A DNA stretch of 64,000 nt, from contig CAXXXD010000003.1 of NCBI GenBank assembly GCA_963663385.2, positions 704,001-768,000 on the forward strand, in the 5' to 3' direction. The notes beneath the pieces were generated by a model. That model searched no databases, had not been told where the DNA came from, and saw only the letters and a list, made by a program, of their open reading frames with translations. The first letter of the stretch is position 1, and each line of letters starts with the position of its first letter. This document shows, piece by piece, positions 48,765-57,464 of the stretch. The translations under genes were made by a program, and so were the position numbers. This stretch comes from Oceanispirochaeta sp. Its GTDB lineage: Bacteria > Spirochaetota > Spirochaetia > DSM-2461.

Positions 48765-51152
48765 ACTTTAAAAGAAGAATTAGACGAGTATATCCCACTT
48801 TATGACAGATTCAAGAAATATTTCGGTTATATGGACAAGGGATTTAAAGGTAAAAAGTATGAAATTTATGCCTATAATGGCGGGCTTTTTGCACCTGATG
48901 AGATTCTAGATAATATTTGTATCGATGATGAAATTCTCCATGAACATACTGTTAAGCTCAGTACTTATGATTTTGATACAGAAGTTGATGTAAATATTCT
49001 CGGGCATATTTTTGAACACTCATTAGGAGAAATCGAAAATGTACAAGCTCAAATCTTAGGCGAGAAAGTTGATAATCAAAAGACCAAACGTAAAAAAGAT
49101 GGCATCTTCTATACACCAAAATATATTACTAAATACATAGTTGAAAACACATTGGGCAAGTTTTGTGAGCAAAAGCGAAAAGAGCTTGACATTATTGACG
49201 AGGAATATGCTAAGGGTCGTAAGAATCGGAAGAAATCAACCATAATAGACTTAAATGATAAACTAAACATATATCGTGAATGGTTGTTGTCATTATCAAT
49301 ACTCGACCCAGCCTGTGGGTCTGGTGCATTTCTAAATCAGACTGTAGAATTCTTAATTGAAGAACATAAGAAAATTGACGAACTCCGTGCTCGAATGTAT
49401 GAAGATAGTTTGGTTTTTTCCGATATAACAACTGAAATCCTTGAAAAAAATATTTACGGTGTCGATTTAAATGAAGAATCAGTAGAAATTGCTAAACTGT
49501 CTCTTTGGTTACGTACAGCCGAAAAAGGGCGGAAACTAAATTCGCTCAGCAAAAATATTAAATGCGGAAATTCATTGATTGTGGATCCTAAAGTTGCAGG
49601 TGAAAAAGCATTTATCTGGGAAAACGAATTCCCTGAAATATTTGCGAATGGTGGGTTTGATGTGATTATTGGGAATCCGCCATATGTTCACCTTGAAAAA
49701 ATAAAAGAGACATCTGTTGCATTGAAAGATGCAAAATACGAAACTTACCATAGCCAGGGTGATATTTATTGTGTATTTGTAGAAAAAGGAATTGATATAT
49801 TAAAACAGAATGGGTTGATTTCTTATATTATGCCAAACAAGTGGTTGCAGGCAGGGTATGGAAGACCTCTCAGAGAGTATTTTCTTAAATACAAAATGTT
49901 AGAATTAATTGATTTCGGTGATATTCAAATATTTGAAGGAGCAACCACCTATCCTTGTATTTTTATTTCTCAAAAAGCAGAACCTCAAGAAGAAATTTCT
50001 ATTTCAGTATTAAAAGAATCAAATTCAATTGACTTTAAATTTAATGTAACCGAAACAGCTGAAATATTTGATGCAAAAACGTTTAGTGGTGATACTTGGG
50101 TAATAACCTCAAAAAAGGAAAAAGCGTTTTTAGAAACACTACAAAAAAAATATAATAAACTATCTGATTTTATAGATGGACAGGCTTTTTATGGGTTAAA
50201 AACAGGCTTGACTGAAGCTTTTTTAATTAATGAAGAAACAAAGCATAATATCATAAATAAAGATCAAAAAGCAAGTGAAAGAATTGAGCCATTTCTGCAA
50301 GGACGGGATATCATCAGATACAATACTGTAACACCATCAAGTCATTTAATTTTATTCGAAAAAGGTTTTACTAATGAACATATTAAGGATTCATCACAAG
50401 CTACAAGCTGGTTAAATTCAAAATATCCATCAATTGCAAGCTGGTTAGCTCCATTTGAAGAAAAAGGTAAGAAACGTACAGACAAAGGAGATTACTGGTG
50501 GGAACTACGGGCTTGCGATTATTATTCAGAATTTGCTAAGCCCAAAATAATGTATCAAAAATTTCAAGTAAAACCTTGCTTTATTTATGATGAGCAAGGA
50601 TTGTATTGTAATGATTCCATGTGGATTATACCAACAGAAAATAAAGCCCTTTTAGGTGTATTGAACTCAAAAATGGGGTGGTGGCTAATAACAAAATACT
50701 GTACACAAATACAAAATGGCTGCCAGTTAATTTGGAAATACTTCGGACAAATCCCTATACCTAATATTGATTCATCTGAATTAACTGAATTGGTGGAAAC
50801 AATGTTGGATAGAACTAGTGTTCATCAGGCTAGAACAAGATCGTTTCTTAAATATTTGTCTTCAAAGTTTAGTATAGAAAATTTTACTAAAAAACTTGAA
50901 AACTGGTCAGAATTAGATTTCTCAAACTTCTTAAAAGAACTGAATATAGGCATTAAAAAATCAGGTAGTAACAAACTCTCCAAGTCTGATGAAATGGAAT
51001 GGATGGAACTATTTGAAACAAAAAAAACTGAAGTTCAGGCATTAAAAACATTAATTGTAAATACAGATAATGAAATAAACAAATTGGTTTATGAATTGTA
51101 TGGTTTGAATGAAGAGGAGATAAAAATTGTTGAAGGTTCACATTCTTCATGA
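48765..51152 (+). pseudogene. 5'-truncated type IIG (Eco57I/TaqI-C-like) restriction-modification gene
   Basis: GIFYTP, DPACGSGAF, IIGNPPY, C-terminal TRD; first 18 codons of the track ORF come from the IS66 end; N-terminal nuclease region absent. Confidence 0.85.
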
Positions 51153-51209
51153 CGGTTTATGGTAAAGAAGTCACCTAATTCATACATATGTACCGATGTG
51201 GGCCTTATT

Positions 51210-51306
51210 TAGTATCAAAGCCTTGCAACTGTCATGGCAAACTGTCACAGAAAATGCTTGGCATTTTCTGCGCCAATTCACCATGCAGCTGAAGGCGATG
51301 TTGAGA
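51210..51306 (+). other. attC site (97-bp family) with R'' AAC mutated to ATC
   Basis: Near-identical to 36064-36160 but begins TAGTATC. Confidence 0.85.
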
Positions 51307-51332
51307 CTTCGGAAAAATTATTAAGAAAAGGA

Positions 51333-51361
51333 TTGTTGATAGTATCATATGATACTATTAT
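51333..51361 (+). promoter_or_regulatory. Fic promoter with 20-bp perfect palindromic operator
   Basis: TTGTTG-17-TATTAT; ATAGTATCATATGATACTAT at 51339-51358; ATG 6 nt after the -10. Confidence 0.6.
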
Positions 51362-51367
51362 TAGTAT

Positions 51368-52333
51368 ATGAAACCACCGTATGATATAACTAAAACGATA
51401 TTGGATTTATATGGGCAAATAACAGAAGCATTAGGAATATGCCAGAGTTTAATGCTTGTAAAACCAGAAGCTCGTTTACGCCGGCAAAATCGTATTAAAA
51501 CAATACAATCATCTCTAGCGATCGAAGGTAATACATTAAATATTGAGAACGTAACAGCATTACTTGATAATCAAAGAATTATTGGACCTGAAAAAGATAT
51601 TATTGAAGTACAAAATGCCATAAAGGCATATGAGAGCCTGATCACATTAAAGCCTCACAATAAAAAAGATTTCCTTTTAGCGCATAAAATACTAATGAAT
51701 GATTTAGTGAAAACACCTGGAGAATATAGAAAATCCCAGGTTGGAATAATGAAGGGAAAAGAAGTAGCACATATTGCTCCCACATCAGATATGGTTCCTG
51801 GTCTTATGAATGATTTGTTCAAATACTTGAAAGAAGATTCCGACTTAGAAATTATTAAAAGTTGCGTCTTTCATTATGAGGTGGAGTTCATCCATCCATT
51901 TGAAGATGGTAATGGAAGAATGGGAAGATATTGGCAAACACGAATACTAATGAATGTAAACCCAATCTTTGAGTTTGTACCCATTGAGAAACTTATAAAA
52001 GATAATCAAAAAGAATATTACCATGCCTTAGCACTATCAGAGAATACAGGCAAATCAACCGTATTTATCGAGTTTATGTTGAATGTCATAAATGAAGCAT
52101 TAAGAGATACAATTAATAAATCAAAGCCAACAAGTCCTGATTTTCATAAACGTTCAGAGATAGCTCTCTCTCAGCTGGATGGTTGGTTTGATAGAAAAGA
52201 GTACATGCAAGTCTGTAAAGGAATCTCAAGTGCTACAGCGAGCAGAGATTTAAAGCAATTACTTGATGAAAACAGAATTGAATCTTCCGGAAAGGGGAGA
52301 ATGACAAAATATAGAAATAAAAGGGATGGATAA
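51368..52333 (+). CDS. Fic protein (class II, N-terminal inhibitory motif) with C-terminal HTH
   Basis: SSLAIEGN; HPFEDGNGRMGR; ISSATASRDLKQL. Confidence 0.92.
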   Translation: MKPPYDITKTILDLYGQITEALGICQSLMLVKPEARLRRQNRIKTIQSSLAIEGNTLNIENVTALLDNQRIIGPEKDIIEVQNAIKAYESLITLKPHNKKDFLLAHKILMNDLVKTPGEYRKSQVGIMKGKEVAHIAPTSDMVPGLMNDLFKYLKEDSDLEIIKSCVFHYEVEFIHPFEDGNGRMGRYWQTRILMNVNPIFEFVPIEKLIKDNQKEYYHALALSENTGKSTVFIEFMLNVINEALRDTINKSKPTSPDFHKRSEIALSQLDGWFDRKEYMQVCKGISSATASRDLKQLLDENRIESSGKGRMTKYRNKRDG

Positions 52334-52347
52334 CAAAAACTTGCAGC

Positions 52348-53031
52348 GTGTGCCACGAGAAGGCACCTTAATCTAAAAGATGGAGGTATTTTCATAACTG
52401 TAATATTGATGAGGGAAGGACCCTCGGGATCGGTTTTCAGGAACAGGTTTCAAACCACCGCAAGCTGCATTGGTAAAGAGCCTTTGTGGTGAACGTTGTC
52501 GGAAAAAGCAGGAATTAGAACCTGTCAGGTGAGTCTTTGGAAGGTGAACAAAAGTGAACCGTCGATGAGGTCTTTGACACAATTGATCATGAGTTATTGC
52601 TTAAAGCAGTGCGGTTTCATAATCCTCCTGCCTGGGTAGTTCTCTATATCGCTAGATGGTTAAAGGCCTCTGCAGAAGATTCGAATGGAGTTGTGATTAA
52701 GCGAGAGCAGGGGACACCACAGGGCGGAGTTATCAGCCCATTGTTGGCGAATCTGTTTATACACTATGCCTTTGATGAATGGATGACGAGGACTTATCCA
52801 CATGTTGAGTTTGCTCGATATGCGGATGACGTTGTAATTCATTGTCGGAGAAGAAGTGAAGCAGAGTCATTGCTCTCGGGAGTTAAAAATCGTTTAAGTG
52901 ACTGCAAATTATCGGTGCATCCTGAGAAGACAAAAATTGTGTTTTGTAAAGACGACAATCGCAAAGGTGATTACGAATATACGGAATTTGACTTCCAGCT
53001 TTACGGTCTGCTGCTGAAAACGGTGTTCTAA
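52348..53031 (+). pseudogene. Internally deleted group II intron (class D-like) inserted in a truncated attC
   Basis: GTGTGCC 5' end right after GGATAAC-aaaaa-CTTGCAGC; intron-like RNA joined to RT fragment FDTIDHELLL...WVVLYIARWL...GTPQGGVISPLLAN...RYADD. Confidence 0.75.
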
Positions 53032-53053
53032 AGACAAAGGTAAAATACATTGA

Positions 53054-53656
53054 ATGAAACATAATGATTTCCTTTCAAAAACATTAAGGCAATACTGTCA
53101 CATCTCTGATAATGAAATCGATCTAATCAGGCCTAAAATTATAAAAAGGAATATCAATAGAAATGATCATTTTCTAAATCAGGGTGATAATATAAATCGT
53201 ATTTGTTTGATAAGGGAAGGTTTGTTCCGGGTATATTGTAATGATTTGTCAGGAGATGAAAAGACTTTGGCCTTTAGAAGTCAAGGTCAGTTTCTTGCCG
53301 GTTATTCCCCATTTATAGAAAACAAAGAAATTTGGTATTCGATAGAAGCTCTTGAGGATAGTGTAATCCTCGCAATGAGGTTTGAAGACTATCTGGACTT
53401 GGAGAGAAATTCGAATAGCTGGAATGAATTAATCAAAAACTACATGACTAGATTGTTTATTGAGAAGGAAGAAAGGGAACGTTCTTTTCTTCTTGATGAT
53501 GCCACAACCCGATATCTGGAATTTGTAAGGAAAAATCCGGATTTCGAGGAAAGAATTCCGCAGTTTATCATCGCATCATATCTTGGAATAACACCGGTTT
53601 CATTAAGTAGGATCAGGTCAAAGCTAAAAAAAAATAAATCAGATCAATTATCCTAG
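53054..53656 (+). CDS. Crp/Fnr-family transcriptional regulator
   Basis: cNMP-binding-like N-terminus; IASYLGITPVSLSRIR HTH. Confidence 0.9.
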   Translation: MKHNDFLSKTLRQYCHISDNEIDLIRPKIIKRNINRNDHFLNQGDNINRICLIREGLFRVYCNDLSGDEKTLAFRSQGQFLAGYSPFIENKEIWYSIEALEDSVILAMRFEDYLDLERNSNSWNELIKNYMTRLFIEKEERERSFLLDDATTRYLEFVRKNPDFEERIPQFIIASYLGITPVSLSRIRSKLKKNKSDQLS

Positions 53657-53718
53657 GATAATTACAGAAGTTTATTTCGATTGTATTGTTTTTTTTAAAT
53701 CTATATTGGGAGAACAAT

Positions 53719-54714
53719 ATGTCAAAAGCTTTTGTAACAGGAGCGGCAGGCTTCCTGGGAAACAATGTTATCAGGGAATTGCTTGATCAAGGTTGGGATG
53801 TTACGGCATTTCACTTGCCTTCAGACAATTTGAAATACTTATCTGGTTTGAATATTAAGTTTGCAGAAGGTGACATTCTTGATTATCAGTCTTTACTTGA
53901 TTCAATCCCTCAGGATGAGAATGTAATTGTCTTTCATATTGCCGGAGACACAAGCATGTGGGACAGACATAATGAGCGACAATACATGATCAACGTAAAA
54001 GGAACGGCTAATGTCGCCAAGGCGGCTCTGGATAGAGGCGTGAAAAAATTTGTTTTTACGTCTTCTATATCTGCCTATGGATATCATTCAGAAAGGATCG
54101 ATGAAGAAACACCATCGAATGCCCTGACATGTAAAATGAATTACAACAAGACCAAATATCTGGCAGAGCTGGAAGTCCATAAGGTTATTGAAAAAGGTTT
54201 AAATGCTGTCATTCTCAATCCCTGTAATATGATGGGGCCCTTTGATATAAAAGGATGGTCTACGCTTATTAAGAGTGTACTTAATAACGATGTTCCCGCT
54301 GTTTCCCTTGGTGTTGGAACTTTCGCTCATGTCCGCGATGTAGCAAAGGCTCATATTAAAGCTGCAGAAGTCGGGAAAAAAGGGGAAAACTATTTAATAG
54401 GCGGCGTTGAAATAGTATTCAGAGACATTTACCGGGAAATTAATGAAATACTGGGTAAAGATATGAATCTGAGAACTGTTTCCAGTCCAGTTTTTCGAAT
54501 GGCTATGTATTTAATAAGATTGAAAGCCTTTTTGAAAAGGGAAGAACCTATTTTGACATATCCGAGATATAAAAGACTGACTGGCAGAATTATCTGCAAT
54601 GATGAAAAAGCCAGGAAGGAACTGTCATTTCAGACTTCCAGTATGAAAGAGATGTTAAGTGATTCCTATGCATGGCTACAGCAGGAAGGTCTTACCATAA
54701 AGGAAAATTCATGA
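53719..54714 (+). CDS. NAD-dependent epimerase/dehydratase (extended SDR)
   Basis: VTGAAGFLG, YNKTK; GGAG RBS before ATG 53719. Confidence 0.9.
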   Translation: MSKAFVTGAAGFLGNNVIRELLDQGWDVTAFHLPSDNLKYLSGLNIKFAEGDILDYQSLLDSIPQDENVIVFHIAGDTSMWDRHNERQYMINVKGTANVAKAALDRGVKKFVFTSSISAYGYHSERIDEETPSNALTCKMNYNKTKYLAELEVHKVIEKGLNAVILNPCNMMGPFDIKGWSTLIKSVLNNDVPAVSLGVGTFAHVRDVAKAHIKAAEVGKKGENYLIGGVEIVFRDIYREINEILGKDMNLRTVSSPVFRMAMYLIRLKAFLKREEPILTYPRYKRLTGRIICNDEKARKELSFQTSSMKEMLSDSYAWLQQEGLTIKENS

Positions 54715-55406
54715 AATCCAGGACAGCCTTTGTAGAAGTAAGTGATGAACCCCTTCATCAGGAAGTATATAGAAATGATCATGTTCGTGTTTATCGTGCT
54801 ATATTGAAGCCTGGTTATTCTACCGATTTTCATAGACATTCAAAAAATACTTTATATGTTACCATTCGGGGAGGTAACATAATGACAAGGACAATGAAAG
54901 GAACCCATGCTTGTCCTACTGTTCTATCAAAGAGGGTTTCTTTGATTAAGCGTATTTGTTTATTGTTTCAAAAAATTTTTTCCAATTCCCTGAATCTCTT
55001 CAACGGTTTTGTATTTTACATGGCAAGTGAAAGGAATCCTGTAATTCACAAGGCAACAGCCTCAAGTAAAAACGGTTTCAATATGGATTTAATGGGAATT
55101 GAAGTCCTGTATTCAAATCAAATGAAATACAGAGTTAAGAATATCTATGGTAAGATTGAGATTGAATCAGATGAAATAATGGCCTGTCGAATCACTTTGA
55201 ATTCTCATCAAAAATTATCAGGTGAAAATTTACATAGAGACGGACTCATTATTGTTTTATCAGGAAAATTAGGTATAAAAGTAAATCAGGAATATTCTTA
55301 TCTGAAAGCAGGAGAACTTTATTCTACTGGCGATGAATCTATTCAAGAAACAGAGAATCAGGGACTTAAACAGATGGAAATTCTATATATTGTTTTCAAA
55401 AAATAG
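54711..55406 (+). CDS. Cupin-like hypothetical protein
   Basis: NDHVRVY...PGYSTDFHRH; ATGA overlap with upstream gene. Confidence 0.6.
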   Translation: MKSRTAFVEVSDEPLHQEVYRNDHVRVYRAILKPGYSTDFHRHSKNTLYVTIRGGNIMTRTMKGTHACPTVLSKRVSLIKRICLLFQKIFSNSLNLFNGFVFYMASERNPVIHKATASSKNGFNMDLMGIEVLYSNQMKYRVKNIYGKIEIESDEIMACRITLNSHQKLSGENLHRDGLIIVLSGKLGIKVNQEYSYLKAGELYSTGDESIQETENQGLKQMEILYIVFKK

Positions 55407-55417
55407 ACTAATAAAAA

Positions 55418-55451
55418 TGAAAATACCCAGTTTGAGTTTTTCTACAGTCTC
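55418..55451 (+). mobile_element. Orphan IS1182 right end
   Basis: TGAAAATACCCAGTTTGAGTTTTTCTACAGTCTC identical to 34670-34703, again followed by GTT. Confidence 0.9.
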
Positions 55452-55469
55452 GTTATGAATAATTCAGGA

Positions 55470-55498
55470 TTGATGGCTAAGTCTAAATGTGGTACAAT
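55470..55498 (+). promoter_or_regulatory. TA cassette promoter
   Basis: TTGATG-17-TACAAT, then GGAGG RBS. Confidence 0.65.
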
Positions 55499-55520
55499 AT
55501 ATGCACTTGGAGGTTGATAA

Positions 55521-55808
55521 ATGAATTTAAAAGACGATATAAAGCCAATTTCATATATAAAGACAAATGCTGCTGATATGCTTAAACGCGTGAATGAAAC
55601 ACACAATCCAATAGTTATTACTCAAAACGGAGAAGCAAAAGCAGTATTGTTAGACACTGAATCATATCAGGATATGCGTAATAGTTTAGGAATTTTAAAG
55701 ATTCTTGCAGAAGGTGAGAAAGCTGCAGAAGATGGACAAGTATATACTCAAGATGAAGTTTTCGACTACATGGAAGAAAAATTAAGAAAATTAAAAGAAA
55801 AAGAATAG
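55521..55808 (+). CDS. Phd/YefM antitoxin
   Basis: IKPISYIK...PIVITQNGEAKAVL. Confidence 0.9.
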   Translation: MNLKDDIKPISYIKTNAADMLKRVNETHNPIVITQNGEAKAVLLDTESYQDMRNSLGILKILAEGEKAAEDGQVYTQDEVFDYMEEKLRKLKEKE

Positions 55809-55809
55809 A

Positions 55810-56133
55810 ATGGATAAATTCAAAGTTATATGGACGAAACCTGCGTTAGATGATTTAGACGAGATAATTGGTTATATCGCAAAGGATTCAGTAGATATCG
55901 CACTAAAGCAATATGAAAGAATTAAGGATACATCTCTGGAGATTGGAAAATTCCCAAAACAAGGAAGAATAATACCAGAATTGCAGAATGAGAATATAAT
56001 AAAATTTAGAGAAATAGTTTTAACGCCATGGCGAATGATGTATCGAATTGAAGAGACGAGAATTCTGATATTAGCAATATTAGATGGCAGAAGAAATATT
56101 GAAGAAATAATGATGAAAAGACAGCTTAGGTAA
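55810..56133 (+). CDS. RelE/ParE toxin
   Basis: VIWTKPALDDLDEI...FPKQGR...RMMYRI...ILAILDGRR. Confidence 0.9.
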   Translation: MDKFKVIWTKPALDDLDEIIGYIAKDSVDIALKQYERIKDTSLEIGKFPKQGRIIPELQNENIIKFREIVLTPWRMMYRIEETRILILAILDGRRNIEEIMMKRQLR

Positions 56134-56167
56134 TTGACTTTATAAAATTTTAAATAAGCTTCAAATA

Positions 56168-56243
56168 ACAGATTTTACCAGGAACATTTGAATAAACATT
56201 ATGCCATGCGGCTTAAATCTCCCAACTTTTAAAAGCAATGACG
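56168..56243 (+). pseudogene. Degenerate, internally deleted IS1182 transposase fragment at array end
   Basis: Matches ~33049-33088 joined to ~34133-34173 through shared ATGCCAT. Confidence 0.75.
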
Positions 56244-56308
56244 ACCAGCCCCTCCCTGTCTGAGGGATATTCTCTTTATTCCGGGAAAGCTGTCGGGAAA
56301 AAAGAGAA

Positions 56309-56337
56309 TTGACACGCCAACCTGCAGATTATATGCT
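56309..56337 (+). promoter_or_regulatory. Sigma70 promoter of ABC operon
   Basis: TTGACA-17-TATGCT. Confidence 0.65.
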
Positions 56338-56385
56338 TGGATATTGTTTGTAAATTAGTCATTCCAAACATAAAGAGGAGACATT

Positions 56386-57462
56386 ATGAGAAAATTGTCA
56401 GGTTTTATTTTTCTGCTGCTGACAGCACTGCTTTTCCTGTCATGCGGAAAAGAAAAGGAGACCGATGAAAAACCTGCTGTTCAGACCGTATATCTGGGGC
56501 AGGACTGGTCTTCCCCTCATTACCGGGAGGATATGGCGGGAACAGTTCTGAATCTCTACGGGGTTACCGACAAAGTTCGCCCCATACTTGATGTTTTTAC
56601 AGAAGATACAGGTATCAAGGTTGAGCATCTGACTCTTAAAAACGGGGAAATTCTACAGAGGCTTACCCACGAAGCCGATTCGGGAGTCGTCATCGCCGAT
56701 CTCTGGTTTACCGGAGGAGCTGACACATTTATCATAGCCGGGCAGAATGATCTGTTGCTCTCTTACGAATCTTCCAACGGAGATGTTCTGGATAAGGATA
56801 TGAAAGATTCCGATCATTACTGGTACGGAACATCCCTGACTCTGGTCAACTGGGTTGTCAACAAAGAGCTAATCGAAGAGAAAGGGTTGAAAATGCCTGA
56901 AGTCTGGGACGATCTTCTTCAACCGGGCCTGAAGGGGCAGGTTTCCATGTCCAATCCGGCTTCCTCCGGTACCGCATACAATGTAGTCAGTGCCGTGCTG
57001 CAGACAAGAGGGGAAGTGAGGGGCTGGGGCTACCTCAAGGAACTTATCGGACAGGTTCCGTTCTTTACGGCCCGTGGCAGTGACCCCGCCAATATGGTTG
57101 TCAATGGCGAGGCTATTGTCGGTATCAATGCCAGTAATGGTGACCGGGAGCTGGAAATCAACAATTCCCATATCAAACTGGTTTATCCTTCGGACGGAAC
57201 CGGATGGTGGCCTCAGCCTGCGGCTATTATCAAAGGGACAAAACACGAAGAGGAAGCTAAAGTCTTTATCGACTGGATCATTTCAAAAAGGGGGATGGAA
57301 ACTGTAGCCTCATCCCGTTATGCTGCGGTAGCCCGCAAGGATGTTAAAATCCCCGAGGGAATAGAGGACATTCAGGATATTGCTCTGTTTCCCACTGATT
57401 TTCAGGCCAATGCGCTGGAGCGTGACGCTATTCTCGCACAATGGGCTGAATATGTAGAATAA
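56386..57462 (+). CDS. ABC substrate-binding lipoprotein (AfuA/FbpA-like family)
   Basis: Lipobox FLSC; ADLWFTGG, SNPASSGT. Confidence 0.88.
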   Translation: MRKLSGFIFLLLTALLFLSCGKEKETDEKPAVQTVYLGQDWSSPHYREDMAGTVLNLYGVTDKVRPILDVFTEDTGIKVEHLTLKNGEILQRLTHEADSGVVIADLWFTGGADTFIIAGQNDLLLSYESSNGDVLDKDMKDSDHYWYGTSLTLVNWVVNKELIEEKGLKMPEVWDDLLQPGLKGQVSMSNPASSGTAYNVVSAVLQTRGEVRGWGYLKELIGQVPFFTARGSDPANMVVNGEAIVGINASNGDRELEINNSHIKLVYPSDGTGWWPQPAAIIKGTKHEEEAKVFIDWIISKRGMETVASSRYAAVARKDVKIPEGIEDIQDIALFPTDFQANALERDAILAQWAEYVE

Positions 57463-57464
57463 TC

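Larger units (their letters stand above)
23519..56169 (+). mobile_element. Integron cassette array without adjacent integrase (CALIN-like), at least 12 cassettes
   Basis: Nine recognisable attC sites plus 3 truncated ones; in most cassettes the first bases (GTTnnnn) are the reverse complement of the own R'' box; all cassette ORFs on + strand; AT-rich; no tyrosine recombinase in window. Confidence 0.93.
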
